From: an uncultured Solirubrobacteraceae bacterium
GTDB taxonomy: Bacteria; Actinomycetota; Thermoleophilia; Solirubrobacterales; Solirubrobacteraceae
Assembly: GCA_963781415.1 (NCBI GenBank)
Contig: CAWAFT010000002.1
Coordinates: 948,129-1,012,128, forward strand
Direction of reading: 5' to 3'
Length of the DNA stretch: 64,000 nucleotides
This document shows, one piece after another, positions 17,657 through 27,000 of the stretch. Numbering within the stretch: position 1 is the stretch's first letter; the number at the start of each line of letters is the position of its first letter. Below the pieces are notes generated by a model. The model was not told the DNA's origin and searched no databases. It saw nothing but the letters and a program-made list of their open reading frames with translations. The translations under genes were made by a program, and so were the position numbers.

Positions 17657-18132
17657 GGCTCACCATCGAGCTCCCCGATCTCGGCGTCGTCGCGGGTGCG
17701 GTGCTCTACGACCACGCGGCGCCGACGGTCACGCAACTCGTCTACGACGCGCTCGAGCAGCCGCTCGACACCCACACCCGGCACGCGTGCTTCGACGGGC
17801 ACGAGATCTACTGCTTCCTGCCGCCCTTTCCGGCTGAGCCGCCGCTGGAGAACCGGACGATGCGTCCGGCCGTCGGCGAGCTGATGTTCTTCTACGCGGG
17901 TCCGAACGCCTTCGTGGCGACCGCGGACGACCGCCTCAGCGGCGGGAATCCCGCCGTGCACGAACTGGCGTTCATGTACGGAGAGGTGGACCTGCGCCAC
18001 TATTGGGAAGAGGGCTTCCACGGAAGCCTCGTGGGTCGGATCGACGAGAACCTCGAGGGCTTCGCCGACGGCTGCGCGCGCACGCTGTCCGAGGGCAGTA
18101 CCCGTCTGCTCGTCAGCCGGGAGGAGCGCTAG
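17653..18132 (+). CDS. Small cyclophilin-like protein (probably DUF3830 family)
   Basis: GTG 17653 overlaps the M24 stop (GTGA). The product is 159 aa (RLTIELPDLGVVAGAVLYDHAAPTVTQLVYDAL...GELMFFYAGP...). The family assignment is from memory of the sequence pattern. Confidence 0.5.
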   Translation: MRLTIELPDLGVVAGAVLYDHAAPTVTQLVYDALEQPLDTHTRHACFDGHEIYCFLPPFPAEPPLENRTMRPAVGELMFFYAGPNAFVATADDRLSGGNPAVHELAFMYGEVDLRHYWEEGFHGSLVGRIDENLEGFADGCARTLSEGSTRLLVSREER

Positions 18133-18134
18133 CC

Positions 18135-19073
18135 GTGCGCCTCTTCTACGCCGGCGACGTCCACGGCTCGGAGCGGTGCTTTCGCAAGTTCCTGAACGCC
18201 GCGGCCTTCTACGACGCGCAGGTGCTCGTCATGGGCGGCGACATCACGGGCAAGGTCATGACCCCTGTGGTCGAGGAGAAGCCGGGTCGCTTCGTCGCCA
18301 CGATCTCCGGCGGGCGCGAGAAGGCCAAGCGCCCAGCGGACCTCGAGGACCTCGAGAAGCGCATCCGCTTCAACGGGTTCTACCCGTACCGCTGCTCGCG
18401 CGAGGAGTACGAGCGGCTCGTCGGCGACGCCGCCTACCAGGAGGAGGTCATGTCACGCGTCATGATCGAGGAGATCCGGCGCTGGGTCGGCATCGCCGAT
18501 GAGAAGCTGGCCGGCACCGGCGTCCGGTGCCTCATCATGCCCGGCAACGACGACGAGCCGGCCATCGACGTTGAGCTGCAGTCGGACGTGGTGGAGAATC
18601 CCGACGCCCGCGTGGTGCGCGTCGGTGACTGTCAGATGATCTCGTGCTCCTGGGCGAACACGACCCCGTGGGACAGCCCGCGGGAGTTGCCCGACGACCA
18701 GCTCGGGGAGAAGCTCTCGCAGCTGGCCGACCAGCTCGACCCGGCGCTCCCGTCGATCTTCAACCTGCACGTGCCGCCCCACGACACGGGGCTCGACACG
18801 GCGCCGCAGGTCGATGGGGAACTTCGGGTCGTGACGTCGGGCGGCCAGCCGAACATGGTGCCGGTCGGCAGCCGCGCCGTTCGCGAGCTGATCGAGCGCC
18901 ACCAGCCGATCGTCTCGCTGCACGGGCACATCCACGAGTCGCGAGGCGTCGCGCGCCTGGGCCAGACGGTGTGCCTGAACCCGGGCTCCAACTACGCCGA
19001 CGGCGTCCTCGACGGGGCCATCGTCGACTTCGAGGATGGTGCCGTCACGCACTACCAGTTGGTGTCGGGATGA
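18135..19073 (+). CDS. Calcineurin-like metallophosphoesterase
   Basis: The motifs are GDVHG, GGDITGK, MPGNDD, NLHVPP and LHGHIHE. GTG 18135 lies 2 nt after the upstream stop. Confidence 0.8.
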   Translation: MRLFYAGDVHGSERCFRKFLNAAAFYDAQVLVMGGDITGKVMTPVVEEKPGRFVATISGGREKAKRPADLEDLEKRIRFNGFYPYRCSREEYERLVGDAAYQEEVMSRVMIEEIRRWVGIADEKLAGTGVRCLIMPGNDDEPAIDVELQSDVVENPDARVVRVGDCQMISCSWANTTPWDSPRELPDDQLGEKLSQLADQLDPALPSIFNLHVPPHDTGLDTAPQVDGELRVVTSGGQPNMVPVGSRAVRELIERHQPIVSLHGHIHESRGVARLGQTVCLNPGSNYADGVLDGAIVDFEDGAVTHYQLVSG

Positions 19074-19816
19074 CGGACAGCCCGCTGCCCGAGGTGACCG
19101 CCGAGGGCCTGCGGGTCGCCCGAGCGGCCGTCGAAGCCGACGTGGCGCTCAAGCTCACCGGCGGGGTTGCCGTCTGGCATCTCTGTCCGCGCGCGCGGGC
19201 CGCTCCCCTCGCCAGGCGGTACGAGGACGTCGACCTCGTCGGTCTTGCACGGGACAGGGCATCGATCATCGAGTTGCTCGAAACACTCGGCTACACGCCA
19301 GACAGCGAGTTCAATGCGCTTCAAGGCGCCTCGCGCCTGCTCTTCTGGGACCGTCACAACGACCGACAGCTCGATGTCTTCCTCGACCGCGTCGACATGT
19401 GCCACGAGCTCGATCTGAGGGATCGCCTGGGGGACGACTCCCACACCATTTCGCCGGCCGATCTGCTGCTGATGAAGCTGCAGATCTACGAGACCAACGA
19501 CAAGGACCACCTTGACATCATCGCTCTGCTCGCCGATCTTGCGTTCACCGAGGACGACAGCGGTCTCGAGGCCGATCGGCTCATCGCGCTGCTCAGCACC
19601 GACTGGGGCTGGTGGCGCACCGCCACGGAGGTCGCGCAGCGCACGGTCCGCTTTGCCGCCCGGCTGGGCGACGACGAGCTCGCGCAGCGCGTTGCGGGGC
19701 AGGTCGAGGAGCTCGACCGGCGGCTCGGGGCGGCGCCGAAGAGCCGCCGCTGGAAGGTCCGGGCACGCCTCGGCGAGAGGGTGCGCTGGTACGAGCTCCC
19801 AGAGGAAGTCCGTTAG
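19070..19816 (+). CDS. Nucleotidyltransferase-fold protein of unknown function
   Basis: ATG 19070 overlaps the upstream stop (ATGA). LTGGVAVW followed by YEDVDLVG fits a G[GS]...DxD NTase minimal motif. The C-terminal part is helical. Confidence 0.5.
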   Translation: MTDSPLPEVTAEGLRVARAAVEADVALKLTGGVAVWHLCPRARAAPLARRYEDVDLVGLARDRASIIELLETLGYTPDSEFNALQGASRLLFWDRHNDRQLDVFLDRVDMCHELDLRDRLGDDSHTISPADLLLMKLQIYETNDKDHLDIIALLADLAFTEDDSGLEADRLIALLSTDWGWWRTATEVAQRTVRFAARLGDDELAQRVAGQVEELDRRLGAAPKSRRWKVRARLGERVRWYELPEEVR

Positions 19817-19828
19817 GAGGCCTTCGCC

Positions 19829-20320
19829 ATGACCGATGTGATCATCGACAGCGTCGATCGCAAGATCATCGCCGCCCTCAAGGAGGACGGCCGGATGAGC
19901 TACGCCGCACTCGCTCAGCGGGCAGGGGTCGCGGAGGGCACCGCGCGCAACCGGCTCATCAGGCTGCTGGAGACGCACACGATCACGGTCGGACCGATCG
20001 TGGATCAGACCAAGATCGGCTACCGCCTCAACCTCTGGATCGGCATGCGCTGCCGAGTGGGCACCCTGCGGATGGTCGCGGACGAGTTGGCCAAACTGCA
20101 CGCCATCCGCTACGTCGGCGCCACGACCGGCGCGTACGACGTCGTCTGCGAGGCGATCTTCCTCTCCGAGGTGGAGATGCTCGCCTTCTTCGAGCACGAG
20201 CTGCCTTTGGTCGACGGGATCACCGACGTCCAGACGGCGCTCGTGCTGGAGATCGCGAAGCTCGGTTACGAGTGGGAGCTGCGCGAGGAGGACCCGGCCC
20301 AGCCCCGGGACGACGACTGA
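19829..20320 (+). CDS. Lrp/AsnC-family transcriptional regulator
   Basis: It has an N-terminal wHTH (DRKIIAALKEDGRMSYAALAQRAGVAEGTARNRL) and a C-terminal RAM-like domain. Confidence 0.9.
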   Translation: MTDVIIDSVDRKIIAALKEDGRMSYAALAQRAGVAEGTARNRLIRLLETHTITVGPIVDQTKIGYRLNLWIGMRCRVGTLRMVADELAKLHAIRYVGATTGAYDVVCEAIFLSEVEMLAFFEHELPLVDGITDVQTALVLEIAKLGYEWELREEDPAQPRDDD

Positions 20321-20339
20321 CCGAAGGCGGCGGCGCAGG

Positions 20340-21231
20340 AGGGGACGCCGGCCGGGCCGAGGGCCGCCCTCGAGGCGGCGCGTCGAGGACGCGGTCCTGC
20401 TCGAGCAGATCCGCGACGTCCATGACAGCAACTACAACGCCTATGGCTACCGGCGGACCTGGAAGGCGCTCAAGCGCGACGGCGTCGACGTCGGCCGCGA
20501 CCGGGTGAAGCGGCTGATGCGCGCCAACGGCATCCAGGGCGCCAAGCGCCGCGGAAAGCCGTGGCGCACCACGATCGCCGACCCGGCCGCGCAGCGATCG
20601 CCGGACCTGGTCAACCGCGACTTCACCGCCGCCGAGCCCGACCGGCTGTGGGTCGCGGACTTCACCTACCTGCGCTGCCACGAGGGCCTGGTGTTCTTCG
20701 CGTTCGTGATCGACGTCTGGTCCCGGCGCGTGGTCGGCTGGCGGCTCGCGTCGCACATGCGCACCGATCTCGTCCTCGACGCGCTCAGAATAGCCTTGTC
20801 GCAGCGCCGGCCCGGCGCCGACGTCGAGCTCGTGCATCACTCCGACGCCGGCAGCCAAGGAGCAATACACCAGCTTCGACTTCCGGCAGGTCCTCGACGA
20901 CCACGGCGTCCTCGCGTCGATCGGATCGGTCGGCGACGCCTACGACAACGCGCTCGCCGAGAGCTTCGTCGACTCCTTCAAGACCGAACTCATCAGTGAT
21001 CGCGTCTGGCGCTCGCGCACCCAGGTCGAACTGGCGATCGTCGAGTGGGTCGGCTGGTTTAACCACGTCCGCCTCCACCAGAACCTCGGTGATCTCCCCC
21101 CGGCCGAATTCGAGGGCTCGGGGGTGCAGATCACCTTCTCATCTTCCGGCTTCGCCGGATCTTGATCTAATGAAAGATGAACTTGGAAACCAAGCCAAAC
21201 GGTCTCCGCGAAACCCAGCCCGGCTCGCTCA
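20340..21231 (+). mobile_element. Decayed IS3-family insertion sequence remnant (5'-truncated, no orfA, frameshifted orfB, possible right inverted repeat)
   Basis: It carries the transposase homology described under 20382..21165. The sequence GGTCTCCGCGAAACCCAGCCCGGCTCGCTCA ending at 21231 resembles an IS3-family terminal repeat ending in TCA. No left end or orfA is present after the Lrp stop. Confidence 0.6.
20382..21165 (+). pseudogene. IS3-family DDE transposase OrfB, N-terminally truncated and frameshifted near 20859-20865
   Basis: The first frame reads VEDAVLLEQIRDVHDSNYNAYGYRRTWKALKRDG...LWVADFTYLRCHEGLVFFAFVIDVWSRRVVGW...ELVHHSDAGSQ. The frame then changes, and the sequence continues as YTSFDFRQVLDDHGVLASIGSVGDAYDNALAESFVDSFKTELI...WFNHVRLHQNLGDLPPAEFE. 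An extra CAAGGAG-like 7 nt interrupts the canonical HSDxGSQYTS motif. Confidence 0.8.
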
Positions 21232-21284
21232 GGCAATGCCGAGAGACCAGCTAACCCGACTACTTCGCGCGTCGCCGGTGGCCG

Positions 21285-23384
21285 TTATGGTTCCCTTCCA
21301 GCCAGGACCATGTCAACGTTGAGCTGAAACTCGACCAGCGTGATCTGCGAAAATATGAAGGCGCGCCCACTGTTCCGTCGCTCGTGAACGATCCCGAGGG
21401 CGTTGGTGAAGCGACGGCCACCGGAGGTCAGGTTTGGCCGGAAGACGGGCCCACCACTATCGCCGCCTCTGATGATAACTTCTCGGCCAACCCCCCGAGC
21501 CTTGTACTGGTTTCGCAGCTGCAGACCGAAAGGCTCGTTGTATGTCTTGCCGGTCCCTCCGGCGCCAGCGTCCACGACGCGAGCAATGTGGTAGCCGCTG
21601 ACGGCGCCCCGCATCGAGGCTTGATCTCCGGTCCTCAGCCCGTTCGTAGCAAGACGTCCCGTGACCGGATAATCATATGTTTCGGCACGCACAACGCTCT
21701 GTACCTTTCGCGGTGAGGTGGGATTACCGGCGAACCCAGTCTGGATAGTCATCGCGTCCGCGAACGTATAGCCGTCGTGCACTCCGTCGTTGTTACGATC
21801 CACAAACCGGCCCCATCCAAGTCTGGCGTAATCCCCCAGCGAGCTTCCTCCCTGGTCCCACCTGGTACCGGGGGGGTCGGGCTGCTGGGCTTGATTGGCG
21901 TCACCAAAAGCGCAATGACCCGCGGTGAAGGTCCCGTATTCGAGCGACGGCTTGTTAGGGTCGTAGTTTGGAACATTCCTGGCACCGTGGAACATGAAAC
22001 CGGCGGTGCAGCCGCCAGTCGTGGAGCGTGGGCGCGGGACCACCCACGCGCCGGGGCGAACGGGGTTCATGTAGCGGTTGGCCTCGGGCAGTGGCTTACT
22101 ACCGCTGCTGTAGACCGATGCTCCGATGCCAGGCGAGGTCCTTCCTCGCTCTGAGTCGCCAACGTCGACCGGATTACAGCGAATGTCCTCGATGCAGGTT
22201 GCCGCCACTATTGGTGCGGTAGCTGCACAGGCTTGCGTGACCTCGAGCGTTGTGTCCTCGTGATCGTTTCCCTCACATGAGCTTTCTCCCGCATTTACAC
22301 TGGCATCCTCAGCGCTGTAGTCCCGACCCGGCAGGGATGGAGACGCCTCGTCAACGGTCCCGACGTGTGGATCTACCGATTCTTGATATACGTCGCGAGC
22401 GGGATCAAGCAAGGGATCGACGGTGTCGTCGTACAGTCCTCGCGTCGAATCAATTGTTGGCTCGACGTTCGCTCGATACGCGTCGGTGCAAGGCTCGCTG
22501 CCTCTCGTTCCGATCTCGTCGTCGCACGTTTCGAGCACCGCGGCAGGCTCGACATCCGGTGCATCGCCCTCGCCAGGCACGTACGATTCATATGCGCTGG
22601 TGCAGGGCCTGAATCCCCTATCGCCGAGTTGTTCGTCGCATGCCTCAAGAACCGGCTCGACTGTCTCGTCCGAAACGTCATCGTCCTCAGGCGCAACGAT
22701 GCGCACGGCGGACCCGTACTTCGTACGCAGGCTTCGGGCGACATCTGACTGCGGGTCCTCGACCGCGACTTCCATCACGTTGTCCTTCACGTTGCCACCG
22801 ACGGTACGGATCTCGCTGTGCGTGAACATGAGCTCTTGAACGTCCGCCTGGATCGCGAGCAGCTGAGCGAGCGGGTAAGTGGCCGGAAAGCCCTGAATGT
22901 CGATCGACGGAAACTCCGCGCGTAGAGTCGTGAGATATCGGTCTGCATCTCGGGCGTAGCCGATAAAGACCACGTCGCCAGCCAGGTAGGAGTCTGCGTA
23001 AAGCTGCGGTGCGAGCCTGAACGCACGAAGTGACACTCGACCCGCTGGGGTCGTGGTATCGAAACCCGGTGCGCTCGGGTCGAAGCCAGGCTCGTTAGGA
23101 CCGGGGGAATCCGGAGTATTCACGTTCATGATGGGAGGGTAAGGAGTTGTCGGAGCAGGCGACGGGCTCGGGCTTGGCGAAAGTACGGGCACTCCTGCCA
23201 ACACGGCTTTCGAGTCGGTCGTCTGAACCAACGCCAGCAGGAAAACGCAGCCGACCGCGAAGAGGAGTGACCACGACCCTGCAGGTCGACTACGAATCGA
23301 CCGCGAGCTTGACGGCAAACCACGCCGCGCCGTCATAGACGCAACAGCCATCCTGGCACGCCAGAACGTAATCCGAGCCCTCAT
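21285..23384 (-). CDS. Secreted S1-family (alpha-lytic/streptogrisin-like) serine protease with a pro-domain and a long acidic Cys-repeat insert
   Basis: The catalytic motifs are CTAGF, TAGHCAF and GGDSGGPVF. Pro-domain-like segments (DVVFIGYARDADRYLTTL, VMEVAVEDPQSDVARSLRTKYGSAVRIV) and an N-terminal TM/signal segment (WSLLFAVGCVFLLALV) are present. GC content is markedly lower than in the flanks. Start could be 23384, 23351 or 23336. Confidence 0.75.
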   Translation of the reverse strand: MRARITFWRARMAVASMTARRGLPSSSRSIRSRPAGSWSLLFAVGCVFLLALVQTTDSKAVLAGVPVLSPSPSPSPAPTTPYPPIMNVNTPDSPGPNEPGFDPSAPGFDTTTPAGRVSLRAFRLAPQLYADSYLAGDVVFIGYARDADRYLTTLRAEFPSIDIQGFPATYPLAQLLAIQADVQELMFTHSEIRTVGGNVKDNVMEVAVEDPQSDVARSLRTKYGSAVRIVAPEDDDVSDETVEPVLEACDEQLGDRGFRPCTSAYESYVPGEGDAPDVEPAAVLETCDDEIGTRGSEPCTDAYRANVEPTIDSTRGLYDDTVDPLLDPARDVYQESVDPHVGTVDEASPSLPGRDYSAEDASVNAGESSCEGNDHEDTTLEVTQACAATAPIVAATCIEDIRCNPVDVGDSERGRTSPGIGASVYSSGSKPLPEANRYMNPVRPGAWVVPRPRSTTGGCTAGFMFHGARNVPNYDPNKPSLEYGTFTAGHCAFGDANQAQQPDPPGTRWDQGGSSLGDYARLGWGRFVDRNNDGVHDGYTFADAMTIQTGFAGNPTSPRKVQSVVRAETYDYPVTGRLATNGLRTGDQASMRGAVSGYHIARVVDAGAGGTGKTYNEPFGLQLRNQYKARGVGREVIIRGGDSGGPVFRPNLTSGGRRFTNALGIVHERRNSGRAFIFSQITLVEFQLNVDMVLAGREP

Positions 23385-23871
23385 TGTCCCCTCCGTGGTC
23401 TAGCCGGGCACCCCTGCCTCGGCGATACGCCAATTTGAGGAGTGCATGAGGCAGGGTCTTGGGTGTCAAGACTCCTTGCCCAGCATCCTCACCAAGCCGG
23501 CGCGGCGTCGTCAACGTGCCCTCCGGCGACGCATTGATGCGACGTTGTCGCCACGCTCGCCAGTCATAAGGGCTGCCTCGGGGTCGTCCTCGGTCTCTGG
23601 ATGATCGATGAGCGGTTCAAGGCTGCCGTGCTCGCCGACGATTGTCGCGAGCGTGATCGCAGTGCCTCGGTCGGCGAATTGTCATCCAACATCCATGGGG
23701 AGCGCTACCGCGCTAGGAGCGGAACGCCTCAGCCGGCACCGTTCGGGCACCGCAGCACAAGTTATCGCCACGCCACCCGACACGAAATTGGTACCTGATT
23801 GGTACCCGGCGAATCGACGGCGCCTCCTCCAAGAAACGCGAAAGGCTCCGCTTTGCAGGGCCTTCCGTGAA

Positions 23872-23945
23872 TAGCGGGGACAGGATTCGAACCTGTGACC
23901 TCCGGGTTATGAGCCCGGCGAGCTACCTGACTGCTCCACCCCGCG
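23872..23945 (-). tRNA. Initiator tRNA-fMet (anticodon CAU)
   Basis: The reverse complement is CGCGGGGTGGAGCAGTCAGGTAGCTCGCCGGGCTCATAACCCGGAGGTCACAGGTTCGAATCCTGTCCCCGCTA. It has a C1 x U72 mismatch and three G:C pairs closing the anticodon stem. It is close to the E. coli tRNA-fMet sequence. CCA is not encoded. Confidence 0.95.
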
Positions 23946-23964
23946 GCGTGGTCTGATCAGAGTA

Positions 23965-23995
23965 CCACCGCGACCGCGCTCGGCGGTCGCGGTGG
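23965..23995 (-). terminator. Hairpin after the M14 carboxypeptidase gene
   Basis: Perfect 13-bp stem CCACCGCGACCGC / GCGGTCGCGGTGG with a 5-nt loop, 18 nt downstream of the stop at 24013. Confidence 0.5.
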
Positions 23996-24012
23996 CGTCT
24001 GATGCGAAAGGA

Positions 24013-27000
24013 CTAGATGCGCTTGCTGCGCAGCGTGGCGCCCGAGGTGCGCTCGTCGGTGGAGACCTTGATCTGCACCTTGTAGTTGCCCTTGCGCAGC
24101 TTGCGCGAGGGCAGCTTGAGCTTCAGGCGCCGGCCGCCCGGCTTGCCGGAGCGGTTGTAGGTCGAGACAACCTTCTTGCCGCGACGGACCTTCACGCGGA
24201 CGTCTGCCGTCTCGGCGAGCCGGTAGTTGATGTGCAGCGACTTGTTCGTCTTGCCGCCGAACACCGGGCCCGACAGACGGAACTGGCGCAGCAACCCGCA
24301 GTTGTCGCGGCGGTCGAAGTCGGGCAGCTCACGGAACTTGCCCTTCTTGCGCTGCATGGCGACGCGGCGGGTGTCGGTGCCGCGCTTGGCCTTGACCAGG
24401 TAACGGGCGAAGTAGTAGCCGTTGCCGACCCGCTTGCCCTTCTTGTCCCGACCGTCCCAGACCACGTTCTCGACGCGGTCGTCGAAGCGCATGATCTTGC
24501 GGGTGCCAATGACCTTGTGCGGCTTGCCCGGCTGGAAGATGTCCATCCGCACCCGGGCGTCGACACCCTCGGCGCGCTGGAACTCGAGCACAGCGCCCTT
24601 CCCGCGCGGGCGCACACCGACCGACTTGAAGCCGCGCGACGTATTGCAGGCCTCCGGGCCGGGGGTCGGGGTCGGCGTCGGCGTCGGCGTCACGGTCGGG
24701 GAGACCGTCGGCGACGGAGTGCCCGTCACGGTCGGCGTGGCGGTGCCGGTCGCGGTCGGTGTGGGCGTGGGGTCCGGCGCCTTGCAGCTCGAGGCCAGGT
24801 CGACCGTCTTGCGCTGACCGCGGTCGATGATGACCTCCTGCGTCGAGCGGACGGCGCCGCCGATCTCGCAGGTCAGCGTCCACGCCTCGACCTTGGCCGG
24901 CTGGAAGGGCTTCGGCGCCACGTAGGTCTTCTTGACCGTGTAGTTCTCCGTCGCGGCGAAGTTGACCACCCGCAGCACGTACTTCTTGCCGGGCGTCAGT
25001 GCCGCCGCGCCGGCGAGGCCGAGCTGCTCGAAGTTCGACGGACCCGAGGCCGAGGTGCCGACCTGCTTGTCCTTGGCCGGATCGGACTTGCCGTTGCCGT
25101 CGGTGTCCTCGTAGAGGAACGTGTCCCAGTCGGTGGTGGGCGTCTGCCAGGTGATGGAGATCGCCAGGCTCGCGTTGTCGCCCGTCGCCGGGATCGTGAA
25201 CGGGTGATCGTTGTAGTTCGTCGACGGCGGGTTGGGGTCGTTCGTCGGATCGGGCTGCGCCGCGCCGTCGTCGGGATCGTCGGCCGTCTCGGAGGAGCCG
25301 GCGAGACCGCCCGTGGTGACCTCCTCCGGGCTCGGCGGACCGGCGTTCTCCTTGCCGGTGGGCTTGGCGACGACCGGGCGCGTGGACGGGTTGACGTGCC
25401 AGACGTACTTGCCGTCGTCGCCGACCTTGAGCACGGAGTCGAGGCCGTCGTCGAACTGGATCGGCGCGTCCTCGCCGCCGTCGGGGTCGGGCTGCGGGAA
25501 CGTCTCGGACTTGAAGGACTTCTTCAGGTGCAGCGTCGCGCCGGCGGGGGCCGTGCCCTCGATGATGGCGTGGCGGGCCTCGTTCATCGCGCTCTCGGCG
25601 GCGATGTAGTAGGCCTCGCGATTGCCCTTGCCGTCGTAGGCGCCGGCCGGATCGTTCGTGTGATCGGCGACCGGGTTGTCACCGTTCCACTCCTTCTCGA
25701 CGCCGGTGGCGAAGGTCGGGTGGAAGGCGGGGTCGTCGCAGTCGCCCGTGGTGTAGTTCGGGTCGCCGCAGTAGATCTCGAACGTGAAGCCGAAGCCGCC
25801 CGTGTTGTTGTAGCTCCAGTCCTCGGTCGTGCCAGTGGTGTCGTAGAGCTCGAAGGACTTCTGGGAGAAGTAGCCGTTCTCCTTGGCCATCGCGTCACCG
25901 AGCGCCTTGTAGCCGCGGTTCTCGTCGACGGGGTCGCCGATGATCGCCAGGCCGGGGGCGCGCAGCACGAGTGCCGCCGTCGTGTGGTTGGTGATGAGCG
26001 TCATCACCTGGTTCGTCGAGACGACGGCCTTGACGTTGCGGGTCTCGGGCTCGGAGAACGGCGCGGGACCGCGGTAGGTCTGCGTGGCCGGGTTGGTGTC
26101 GGCACCCGGGCCACCCCAGAACTGTCCGTAGTTGCGGTTGGGGTCGACGCCCGGCTCGGCCAGGCCCGCCGAGGTCGCGCAGTTGCCGGCCTCGGAGTCG
26201 TTGGGCAGGCGGCAGTTCTTGCGGCGGTACTCGCCGCCGGTCGCCGCGCCGGTGATCAGGTAGACGGTGTCCTCGACCGACTCGTCGCGGCCGCCGCCGG
26301 CGCCGGCGATCTGGCCGGCCTCACGCGAGGCCTCGAAGCCGTCCGGGTTGACGATCGGGACGATGATGTTGCGGCTCTCCTTGACGACCTTCACCGTGCG
26401 GGCGTTGCCGGCCTTGTAGCCCTTGATGAGCTCGTAGGCCCACTCCATCGGCATCTCGCCTGCAGGCCACTCGCGGGCGTGGTGCACACCCATGTTGAAG
26501 AAGGCGGGGCGACCGTCCTGCTTGTTGACGTTCTCAGCGATCTCGAGGCCCATGACCTCCTTGCCCATCCACGTCTTGTTGGGCATGACGAACAGCTTGA
26601 CGAGGCCGGGGTTGGCGTCCGCGAGCGCCTTCATCTCCGCGTTGTAGTCGGCCAGGCGCCGGTAGGTGCCGGTGTGACCACTCGGGAGCACGGTGTCGGC
26701 GCGCGCCGCGGTCCGCGTCTCGGTGCGGCGGGCGCGGATGTCCTGCGCGACGAGATCCTTGACGAGCACGTCCCACCGCAGACCCGCCTTGCGCAGTGCG
26801 GCGCGGTCGTCGGCGCCGTTGAGGACCACGCCCACGCTCTTGCCGCCTGCGTGCTCGGTCATGTCGAGCCCGAGCGTGCCGAGCAGATCCTTGTCGGCGC
26901 GCGTCGGGGTGCGCACGCTGACCAGCTGCGGCGCTGAGGCGCGCGCGGCGTCGGCGTCGCCGGTGATCGGCGCGTAGGCGAGCTTGACGGGGACCGAGCC

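Noticed and set aside
23290-23700. Possible tyrosine-recombinase remnant next to the tRNA (minus-strand fragments such as GVLTPKTLPHALLKLAYRRG, vaguely like the TPHxLRHT box)
   Set aside because: The similarity is limited to a few residues, the frames are broken by stops, and no R-H-R-Y catalytic pattern can be reconstructed. It is not reportable without a profile search.
23992-26937. 981-aa ORF on the plus strand
   Set aside because: It is antisense to the M14 carboxypeptidase gene, with the same compositional artefact (long runs of R, G, A, V, D).
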